DNA of 32,000 bases, taken from Tepidimonas taiwanensis. Its GTDB lineage: Bacteria; Pseudomonadota; Gammaproteobacteria; Burkholderiales; Burkholderiaceae_C. Below, piece after piece: positions 25,090 to 32,000 of the stretch (positions within the stretch are counted from its first letter, which is position 1; every line of letters begins with the position of its first letter). Where the stretch lies: assembly GCF_020162115.1 (NCBI RefSeq), contig NZ_CP083911.1, positions 2,315,735-2,347,734 on the forward strand, read 5' to 3'. The notes below the pieces were generated by a model. That model did no database searches. It saw only the letters and a list, made by a program, of their open reading frames with translations, and had not been told where the DNA came from. The position numbers and the translations under genes are program-made.

Positions 25090-26277
25090 TCAGCGTATCC
25101 ACAACCGCAGCGCGCCCCACAGGCGCCCGAGCAACCCGGCTTCTTCGACGGTCTCCATCACCTGCAGCGGGACTTCCGCCACCGGCTCGCCGCTGGCGGT
25201 GCGCACGCGCAGCGTGCCCAAGGGTTGCCCTTTGACGAGCGGCGCGACCAGCGGGTCCGGGCGCACCAGCTCGGTGCGCAGGCCCTTGCCCTGTCCGGCG
25301 GGGACAGTGACGACGACGCCCTGCGGGCGGCCGAGCTTGACTTCGTCGGCGCGGCCTTTCCACACCGGGGCGGTCACGACCGGCTGCCCCGGCGCGGCCA
25401 GGCGCACGGCCTCGAACGCGGTGTAGCCCCAGTTGAGCAATTTCTGGCTTTCGGCGGCGCGCGCGTTTTCGCTGGCGGCGCCGAGCACGACACTGATGAG
25501 CCGCCGCTGTCCGGCAGGGCCGTCGCCGAGCCCGGGCACAAGCCGGCGCGCGGTGGCCACGAGGCAGTAGCCCGCCGCGGCGGTGTGGCCGGTTTTCAGG
25601 CCGTCGACGGTGGGGTCACGAAACAGCAGCAGGTTGCGGTTGGTGTCGTTGGCCGCGGGCGTGCCGGGGTAGCGGTAGCGCTGGATCGCGTAGTAGCCGA
25701 TGTACTCGGGAAAATCCTGCATCAGCCGCAGCGCCAGCGTCGCCAGATCGCGCGCGGTGGTGGTGTGCCCAGGCGCGGTCAGCCCCTCGGGGTTCTGGTA
25801 GCGCGTGCGCGTCAGACCCAGCGCCTGCGCCTGGCGGTTCATGCGCTCGACGAAGCGCTCGACGCTGCCGGCCACCCCTTCGGCCAGCGCGACGGTCGCG
25901 TCGTTGCCGGACTGCACGATCATGCCCTTGAGCAGGTCTTCCACCGGAATCTGCTGCCCCGGCTCGATGAACATGCGCGAGCCGGGCATGCGCCACGCCC
26001 GCTCGCTGACGGTGAACTTCTGCTCCAGCGTCAGTTGGCCCGCTTTGAGGGCGTCGAACACCACATACGCGGTCATCAGCTTGGTCAGCGACGCGGGCTC
26101 GACCGGCTCATCCGGGTCCTTGGCGGCGAGCACCTGGCCGCTGGTGGCGTCCAGCAGCAGCCAGGCGCGCGCGGCGACCTCCGGCGGGGTGGGCGACTGC
26201 GCCTGCGCCACGCCGCTGGCCATTGCCAGCGCCAACCCGAATCGAAACAACCAAGACCCCAAACGATGTAACAACAC
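25090..26277 (-). CDS. D-alanyl-D-alanine carboxypeptidase (PBP5/6 family, S11)
   Basis: SxxK in PASLTKLMT, SxN in VQSGNDA and KTG in GLKTGHT. I place the start at GTG 26277 or TTG 26274, which gives a signal peptide LLHRLGSWLFRFGLALAMASGVAQA. GGGAGG (26287-26282) lies 4-7 nt upstream. ATG 26334 has no such site. Confidence 0.85.
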   Translation of the reverse strand: MLLHRLGSWLFRFGLALAMASGVAQAQSPTPPEVAARAWLLLDATSGQVLAAKDPDEPVEPASLTKLMTAYVVFDALKAGQLTLEQKFTVSERAWRMPGSRMFIEPGQQIPVEDLLKGMIVQSGNDATVALAEGVAGSVERFVERMNRQAQALGLTRTRYQNPEGLTAPGHTTTARDLATLALRLMQDFPEYIGYYAIQRYRYPGTPAANDTNRNLLLFRDPTVDGLKTGHTAAAGYCLVATARRLVPGLGDGPAGQRRLISVVLGAASENARAAESQKLLNWGYTAFEAVRLAAPGQPVVTAPVWKGRADEVKLGRPQGVVVTVPAGQGKGLRTELVRPDPLVAPLVKGQPLGTLRVRTASGEPVAEVPLQVMETVEEAGLLGRLWGALRLWIR

Positions 26278-26374
26278 AATACCTCCCTTGTCAGCAATAG
26301 CCCCCGCGTCGATGGGGGGATGAATACCCCGCACAAAACCGGGCTGGGGTCATGCCCCGTGCCCGCTCGTGGCT

Positions 26375-27010
26375 CTACAGCGCGCGCAGGTGGCGCGCCA
26401 CCAAATCCTTGAGCAGCGGCAGGCGACCATGAAAAAAATGCTCGCCGCCGGGAATGACGGTGACGGGCAACGCCAGCGGCCGCGCCCAGTCCAGCGCCGC
26501 CGACAGCGGTACCGTGTCGTCCACCTCTCCATGCACGACCAGCGTGCGCGGCAGGAGTTCCGCCGCCAGCGCAGGCATCGCAAAACGGCTGGCCGCCGGC
26601 GCGACGAGCACGAGCGCCTGCACCGGCCGCGCGGGCCACAGCCGCGCCGCCCCCGCGGCCGCCACGTAACCCCCAAACGAAAACCCCGCCAGCGCCAATG
26701 GCGCGTCAACGGGGGCGCAGGCCGCCACCACGGCCAGCAGGTCGTCCACTTCGCCCACGCCGTGGTCATGCACGCCGGTGCTGGCGCCGACGCCCCGAAA
26801 GTGAAAGCGCACCGACACCCAGCCCTGCTGCACAAAGGCCCGGGCGAGCGTCTGCACCACCTTATTGTGCAGGGTACCGCCGTAAAGCGGGTGCGGGTGC
26901 GCGATGACGGCCACCCCGCCGTCGGCGCGCGGCACGGCGGGCCGGTCGATGGCGAGTTCCAGCACGCCGGCCGGCCCCGGGATGGTGCGGGTTTCGGTCT
27001 GCGCGTTCAT
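26375..27010 (-). CDS. Alpha/beta-fold hydrolase, small single-domain type
   Basis: 211 aa with a nucleophile elbow GFSFGG, AHPHPLYGGT near the N-terminus, and distal VHGEVDDTVP and GGEHFFHG consistent with a Ser-Asp-His triad. Confidence 0.75.
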   Translation of the reverse strand: MNAQTETRTIPGPAGVLELAIDRPAVPRADGGVAVIAHPHPLYGGTLHNKVVQTLARAFVQQGWVSVRFHFRGVGASTGVHDHGVGEVDDLLAVVAACAPVDAPLALAGFSFGGYVAAAGAARLWPARPVQALVLVAPAASRFAMPALAAELLPRTLVVHGEVDDTVPLSAALDWARPLALPVTVIPGGEHFFHGRLPLLKDLVARHLRAL

Positions 27011-27028
27011 CGGCGCGACAGCCCCCGG

Positions 27029-27388
27029 TCAGCGGCCGACGTCGGGCGGCAGGCGCAGCCGCTCCACCACCACGCCGTCGCGCAGGTGCGACGCGACGAT
27101 CTCGTCGATGTCTGCCGTGTCGACGTAGGTGTACCAGACGCCCTCGGGGTAGACGACCGCGACGGGGCCGCCCGCGCAGCGGTCCAGGCAGCCGGCCTTG
27201 TTGACCCGCACCTGCCCCGGCCCCGCCAGGCCCAGCGCGCGCACGCGCGCCTTGCAGTGCTCGAATGCTTGCTGCGCCGCGTGCTGGGCGCAGCAAGCCT
27301 CGCCGTTGGCGCGCTCGTTCACGCAGAAGAAGATGTGGTGCCGGTAGTACGACGGCGGATGCTCGGGGGCGGTGTCGGCGGCGGTCAT
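27029..27388 (-). CDS. Thioredoxin-like [2Fe-2S] ferredoxin
   Basis: The start is at ATG 27388 (MTAADTAPEH...). Cys ligand pattern FFCVNERANGEACC ... GCLDRCAGGP. Confidence 0.75.
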   Translation of the reverse strand: MTAADTAPEHPPSYYRHHIFFCVNERANGEACCAQHAAQQAFEHCKARVRALGLAGPGQVRVNKAGCLDRCAGGPVAVVYPEGVWYTYVDTADIDEIVASHLRDGVVVERLRLPPDVGR

Positions 27389-28530
27389 GGACGCCGATTG
27401 TAGGCGCCCCCCGACGGGCGCAGCGCCAGCCGCGCCGCGGCGGCCAGCGCCGCCCACGGCCACAGCCAACCCAGCCACTGCCCCAATCCGTGGAAACGGC
27501 TAAAGCGCCCTTGCTCCCACGACTGCAACCACTCACCCAGATAGGCAGGGTCGGGCACGCGGTTGAGCTGCCCCAATACCCACCCACCGCACAGCACGGC
27601 GAGCAACGCCGCCACCCGCGAGGGCAGCGGCAGTGCCAGCAGCGCCACGCCCGCTGCCGCCACCAGGCCCAGCTGCGCCTGGGGGGTCAACCACGCCCAA
27701 GCCTTGTCAGGGCCAAACGACAGGGCCGCCGACAGCCCCCCGCTGCCCCAGGCGACCAGACCGAACAACAGCGCGAAGGCGACCCGTTGGCCGAGCGTGC
27801 GCACACTCGCATACCCCAGCAGCACGGGCAACGCCAGGCTCAGCGCCACCAGCAGCGCTTCGCCCAACGGCCGCGGAGGGGCAGACACTTGGGCCGGCGG
27901 CAGCCACCCCTGTAGAGCCGACCCTTCGAACATGCGCAACAACGCCGCCTCCAACCGCGGCCAGAACTGCCCGGTGCCAAAGGGTACGGGTGTGGGATAC
28001 AGCACCGCCAGCGGCCACACGAGCAGCACGAGCCAGGCCCAATGGCCCCCGGGCTGCTGCCAGCGCGCACGGAACGCGCCCCACGAGCCGAGGACGCCTT
28101 GCCGCAGGAGGATATGTGCCATCACCGCGCCCAACAGCGCCCCACTGGCGTTGAGCAGGGCGTCGAGCTGCGAGGGCACACGCTGTGGCAGGTAGGTCTG
28201 CGCCGCCTCCAGCCCCAGCGCCAGCAGGGCCGGCGCCACCGTGCCCGCCACCGCGGCGGCGCGCGGCCAACCCGAGCGCGCCACCGCCACCGTCACCAGC
28301 AGCCCGAGCGGCACGTACCCCAGCAGGTTGGCGATGACGTCGAAACGCGTCCAGTAGCGCGGCCACGGCGCGCTCAGAAACGCCCACGGTGCCACGCCCT
28401 GATCGCGCCAGCCCTCGAACGGGAACAGGCTGGCATACACGACCAGCGCGGTGTAGCCCAGCAGCAGCGGCCACGCCAGCGACCCGTGCCGACCGGCTGG
28501 CCCCGGCGACGCCACCCGCGCCAACGCCAC
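27385..28530 (-). CDS. VanZ-like membrane protein with long C-terminal membrane extension
   Basis: The N-terminal ~130 aa (LVVYASLFPF...DVIANLLGYVPLG...LEAAQTYLPQRVPSQLDALLNASGALLG) resemble the VanZ family, followed by ~250 hydrophobic, Trp-rich residues. The track start at 28530 is a GTG, with TTG 28524 and GTG 28515 as alternatives. The stop overlaps the ferredoxin ATG (ATGA at 27385-27388). Confidence 0.65.
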   Translation of the reverse strand: MALARVASPGPAGRHGSLAWPLLLGYTALVVYASLFPFEGWRDQGVAPWAFLSAPWPRYWTRFDVIANLLGYVPLGLLVTVAVARSGWPRAAAVAGTVAPALLALGLEAAQTYLPQRVPSQLDALLNASGALLGAVMAHILLRQGVLGSWGAFRARWQQPGGHWAWLVLLVWPLAVLYPTPVPFGTGQFWPRLEAALLRMFEGSALQGWLPPAQVSAPPRPLGEALLVALSLALPVLLGYASVRTLGQRVAFALLFGLVAWGSGGLSAALSFGPDKAWAWLTPQAQLGLVAAAGVALLALPLPSRVAALLAVLCGGWVLGQLNRVPDPAYLGEWLQSWEQGRFSRFHGLGQWLGWLWPWAALAAAARLALRPSGGAYNRRP

Positions 28531-28537
28531 CCCCCGA

Positions 28538-28966
28538 TCAGAAGGGTTTGACGACGACCAGCGCCACCGCGATCACCATCAGCAGCACCGGCACCTCGTT
28601 GAACCAGCGGTACCACACGTGGCTGCGATGGTTGGTGCCGGTCTCGAAGCGGCGCAGCAGCCGCGCACACGCGTGGTGGTAGCCGATCAGCAGCACCACG
28701 ACGGCCAGCTTGGCGTGCATCCAGCCGTTGCCGGGACCACGCCCGATGCCGTAGCCCAGCCACAGCCACAAACCCAGCGCCAACGCGGGTATGGCCAGCA
28801 ACGTCATGAAGCGCAGCAGCTTGCGCGCCATCAGCAGCAGGCGCTCGCGCTCCGCGACGCTATCCGGGGCCACCATCGCCAGGTTGACAAAGATGCGCGG
28901 CAGGTAAAACAGCCCCGCGAACCAGCTCGCGATGAAGACGATGTGAAAGGTTTTGACCCACAACAT
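28538..28966 (-). CDS. hemJ: Protoporphyrinogen IX oxidase HemJ (UPF0093/TIGR00701 family)
   Basis: 142 aa from ATG 28966: MLWVKTFHIVFIASWFAGLFYLPRIFV..., with four TM segments and the conserved His in KTFHIV. Confidence 0.8.
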   Translation of the reverse strand: MLWVKTFHIVFIASWFAGLFYLPRIFVNLAMVAPDSVAERERLLLMARKLLRFMTLLAIPALALGLWLWLGYGIGRGPGNGWMHAKLAVVVLLIGYHHACARLLRRFETGTNHRSHVWYRWFNEVPVLLMVIAVALVVVKPF

Positions 28967-29227
28967 GGCCGCGCAGTGTAAGCCAGCCGCCCGCGGCGCG
29001 GGCAATGGCCGGGGTTAGGCGGTGCCTGGTCACCCGCCACCAGCGACACCGTCGCCGTTGGCGGTTGCGATGCCGTCCTGATCATGTTCTGCGATGACCG
29101 CCCACTGCCGCACGCGCGGCCTCAGCCGCTCTCCGAGGAGATCCCGTCGCCGCACGCCCCCGGCCGTCAAAGCGTTCGTTCAAAAAGTTCACATCACGCG
29201 CAACCCGGTGCCCTACCATAGCGGCCC

Positions 29228-30376
29228 ATGGCGGATACCCCTACCCTCTCTGAACCGGCGGCGCCGGGTGACGCGGTCATACAGCGTTGGGCCGAGCACA
29301 TCCGCGCCACCGCCGCCGATGGGCGGACGCTGCGCATCCGCGGCGGCGGCACCAAGGCGTTCCTGCTGCCCCCGCCCGCGGCGGGGGCCGAGGTCCTCGA
29401 CACGCGCGAACACACGGGCATCGTCAGCCACGAACCGACCGAGCTGGTCGTGACCGCGCGCTGCGGCACGCCGCTGGCCGAGCTGGAGGAGGCGCTGGCG
29501 CAGCACGGGCAGTGCCTGCCGTTCGAGCCGCCGCACTTCGGCCCCGGGGCGACGGTGGGCGGCATGGTGGCGGCGGGGCTCGCCGGCCCGGCCCGCCTGG
29601 CCGTGGGCGGCGTGCGCGACTATGTGTTGGGCGCGCGGCTGCTCAACGGCCGAGGGGAACACCTGATATTCGGCGGGCAGGTGATGAAAAACGTCGCGGG
29701 CTACGACGTCAGCCGGGCGCTTGCCGGAAGTTTCGGCACGCTGGGCGTGATCACCGAGGTGTCGCTGAAGGTGCTGCCGCTGGCGGCAGGCGAAGCGACG
29801 CTGCGCCTGCCGCTCGATCAGGCGGCGGCGCTGCAACACCTGGCGCGCTGGCGCGGCCAGCCGCTGCCGCTCAACGCCAGCGCCTGGATCGCCGACGACG
29901 GCGGCACGCTGTGGTTGCGCCTGCGCGGGGCCGCCGCGGCGGTCGCGGCCGCCTGCGAACGGTTGCTGGCCGAAGCGGGCGGCGAGCGGGTCGAGGACGC
30001 GGCGGCGCGCGCGTTTTGGCAGGCGCTGCGCGAACAGACGGCACCTTTTTTCACCCAACCGCCATCGCCCGCGCACGGGTTGTGGCGGCTCGCCGTCAAG
30101 CCCACCGCGCCCGTGTCGTCGTTGCCCGGCCCGACCCTCATCGAATGGTTCGGCGGCCAGCGCTGGGTGTGGGCACCGCTGTCGGCGGCCGAGACGTTAC
30201 GCACCTTGGCGCGCGAGGCGGGCGGACACGCGACGCTGTTTCGTGCGCCCACCGACGCCCCGGACGCCGGCGACCGCCACACGTCGCCGGAGCCGACGAT
30301 GCGGGCGCTGCAGCAGCGCGTGCGCGTCGCATTCGACCCGCAGGGGGTCTTCGGCCCCGGTCCGTGGGGATACTGA
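29228..30376 (+). CDS. glcE: Glycolate oxidase FAD-binding subunit GlcE
   Basis: PCMH-type FAD-binding domain (IRGGGTKAF, ATVGGMVAAGLAGP, VMKNVAGYDVSRALAGSFGTLGVITEVSLKVLP). It lies directly upstream of glcF. Confidence 0.85.
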   Translation: MADTPTLSEPAAPGDAVIQRWAEHIRATAADGRTLRIRGGGTKAFLLPPPAAGAEVLDTREHTGIVSHEPTELVVTARCGTPLAELEEALAQHGQCLPFEPPHFGPGATVGGMVAAGLAGPARLAVGGVRDYVLGARLLNGRGEHLIFGGQVMKNVAGYDVSRALAGSFGTLGVITEVSLKVLPLAAGEATLRLPLDQAAALQHLARWRGQPLPLNASAWIADDGGTLWLRLRGAAAAVAAACERLLAEAGGERVEDAAARAFWQALREQTAPFFTQPPSPAHGLWRLAVKPTAPVSSLPGPTLIEWFGGQRWVWAPLSAAETLRTLAREAGGHATLFRAPTDAPDAGDRHTSPEPTMRALQQRVRVAFDPQGVFGPGPWGY

Positions 30377-30379
30377 GCC

Positions 30380-31639
30380 ATGCAAACCCAACTCGCTGCC
30401 GAATTCGCCGGCACACCCGACGGGCAGGAAGCCGACGCCATCCTGCGCCGCTGCGTGCACTGCGGCTTTTGCACCGCCACCTGCCCAACCTACCAGTTGC
30501 TGGGCGATGAGCTGGACGGCCCGCGCGGCCGCATCTACCTGATCAAGCAGGTGCTGGAAGGGGCGCAGCCGACGCGCGCCACGCAGCGCCACCTGGACCG
30601 GTGCCTGACCTGCCGCAACTGCGAAACGACCTGCCCCAGCGGCGTGGACTACGGGCACCTGCTCGACATCGGCCGCAAGGTGGTGGCACAGCACGTGCCA
30701 CGCCCGGCGCCCGAGCGGGCGGTGCGCTGGCTGCTGCGCGAGGGGCTGACGTCGCCGCTGTTCGCCCCGGCGATGCGGCTGGGGCAGGCGGTGCGGCCGC
30801 TGCTGCCCGCGGCGCTGCGGGCCAAGGTGCCCGAGCGGCGCGACGCGGGCGCGTGGCCGCAGACACCGCGGGCGCGGCGCGTGCTGCTGCTGGCCGGTTG
30901 CGTGCAGCCGGCCATGCTGCCCACCGTCAATGCCGCCACCGCGCGCGTGCTCGACGCCGCGGGCATCCAGACCATCGTCGCGCCGGAGGCGGGCTGCTGC
31001 GGCGCGATCCGCCACCACCTGGACGACATCGTCGGGGCGCTGGCCGAGATGCGGGCGAATATCGACGCGTGGTGGCCGTGGATCGCGCCCGCGGACGGCA
31101 GCGCCGGGGTCGAGGCGATCGTGATGAACGCCTCCGGCTGCGGGGCGATGGTGAAGGACTACGGCCACGCGCTGCGCCACGACCCGGCCTACGCCGAGAA
31201 GGCCCGGCGCGTCAGCGAATTGGCGAAAGACCTCAGCGAGCTGCTGCCCGAGCTCGTGCCGGCGTGGCGCGAGCGGCTGCGCGACGGCCTGCCCGCGGGC
31301 GTGCCACGGCGGCTCGTTTTTCACCCGCCGTGCACGCTGCAGCACGGCCAGCGGCTGCGCGGACTGGTCGAGCGGCACCTGGGGGAGCTGGGGTTCTCGG
31401 TGACGCTGGCGGCGCAGGAGTCGCACCTGTGCTGCGGCTCGGCGGGCACCTACAGCGTGCTGCAGCCCGGGCTCGCCACGCAACTGCGCGACCGCAAGCT
31501 CACCCACCTGCAGGCAGTGCAGCCCGACGTGATCGTCTCGGCCAACATCGGCTGCATCACGCACCTGCAAAGCGGCACCGCCACGCCCGTGCGCCACTGG
31601 GTGGAGGTGGTAGACGCGGCGCTGATCGCCCTGCCGTAG
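30380..31639 (+). CDS. glcF: Glycolate oxidase iron-sulfur subunit GlcF
   Basis: Two 4Fe-4S motifs (CVHCGFCTATCP and CLTCRNCETTCP) followed by two CCG-type Cys-rich domains (GCVQP..., CCGA; PCTLQHG..., CCGSAG). Confidence 0.9.
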   Translation: MQTQLAAEFAGTPDGQEADAILRRCVHCGFCTATCPTYQLLGDELDGPRGRIYLIKQVLEGAQPTRATQRHLDRCLTCRNCETTCPSGVDYGHLLDIGRKVVAQHVPRPAPERAVRWLLREGLTSPLFAPAMRLGQAVRPLLPAALRAKVPERRDAGAWPQTPRARRVLLLAGCVQPAMLPTVNAATARVLDAAGIQTIVAPEAGCCGAIRHHLDDIVGALAEMRANIDAWWPWIAPADGSAGVEAIVMNASGCGAMVKDYGHALRHDPAYAEKARRVSELAKDLSELLPELVPAWRERLRDGLPAGVPRRLVFHPPCTLQHGQRLRGLVERHLGELGFSVTLAAQESHLCCGSAGTYSVLQPGLATQLRDRKLTHLQAVQPDVIVSANIGCITHLQSGTATPVRHWVEVVDAALIALP

Positions 31640-31680
31640 CGGGCGACGCGGCACGAACGGTTCCGTGCTACATTGGGTCT

Positions 31681-31941
31681 GTGATAGCGACGTTGACGTT
31701 CGATACCCTCAAGTTCGGCCGGCGCCTGAAGGACGCCGGGATGGATCCGCGCCTGGCCGAGGAGCAGGCCGAGGCGGTGTCCGAAGCATTGCAAATCAAC
31801 CGCGAAGATCTGGCCACCAAGGCCGGCATCGCCGATTTGCGCAAGGAAATGCAGCTCCTCGAGCAACGCCTCACGATCAAGCTCGGTGCGATGCTGGTCG
31901 TGGCCGTCGGCATCGTTGCCACGCTCGTCAAGATCCTCTGA
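31681..31941 (+). CDS. DUF1640-like small coiled-coil protein with C-terminal TM anchor
   Basis: From GTG 31681 the product reads (M)IATLTFDTLKFGRRLKDAGMDPRLAEEQAEAVSEAL...LATKAGIADLRKEM...TIKLGAMLVVAVGIVATLVKIL, the pattern I associate with DUF1640 proteins. The start codon is uncertain because there is no ATG in frame. Confidence 0.6.
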   Translation: MIATLTFDTLKFGRRLKDAGMDPRLAEEQAEAVSEALQINREDLATKAGIADLRKEMQLLEQRLTIKLGAMLVVAVGIVATLVKIL

Positions 31942-32000
31942 CGGCTCCCACCCGCCGCCGGTCCAGCCGCGGCGGTGTCGGGCGCGCGACCGGATCGGCG

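Noticed and set aside
26432-26438. An A7 (T7 on the coding strand) homopolymer inside the alpha/beta-hydrolase gene, considered as a slippage switch.
   Set aside because: Seven nt is below the usual length for contingency loci. It encodes the conserved-looking EHFFHG segment, and the reading frame is intact.
1-32000. A scan for tRNA (T-loop GGTTCGAnTCC), rRNA, CRISPR repeat-spacer periodicity, IS terminal repeats or transposases, and integrases.
   Set aside because: I recognised none by eye. The only GGTTCGA hit (about 4787-4793) is the arm of the gltI terminator and has no tRNA context. A covariance-model scan would be needed to exclude small RNAs formally.

Overview
High-GC chromosomal segment. 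Hand counts of 60-nt lines in housekeeping genes give about 65% G+C or more. Gene content and porin type fit a betaproteobacterium (Burkholderiales-like). I can support 32 intact protein-coding genes, one gene relic, several intrinsic terminators and a few sigma70-like promoters. I found no rRNA, tRNA, CRISPR array, IS element or integrase. Most of the window is ordinary core metabolism and envelope function: tctA (5' end outside the window), pyrC, gltIJKL with a LysR regulator, an Atm1-type ABC exporter, yciA-like thioesterase, ampG, M48 peptidase, MBL hydrolase, SDR, Lrp regulator, hppD-phhB-phhA, three general porins plus ompW, a co-directional hemJ/vanZ-like/ferredoxin/hydrolase/D,D-carboxypeptidase string, glcEF and a DUF1640 gene. 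The accessory content is small. (1) An intact HepT/MntA (HEPN/MNT, type VII) toxin-antitoxin cassette sits between the Lrp regulator and hppD. (2) A second, orphan MNT gene is followed by a 111-nt relic of its HEPN partner that still encodes the Rx4H motif. (3) A lower-GC single gene encodes an AAA-ATPase fused to a PD-(D/E)XK nuclease domain. (4) A 435-bp hairpin-rich convergent intergenic region could encode an sRNA. I did not find a convincing multi-gene system of a new type, and the findings are scored accordingly. The long ORFs in alternative frames of the six-frame track are high-GC artefacts.
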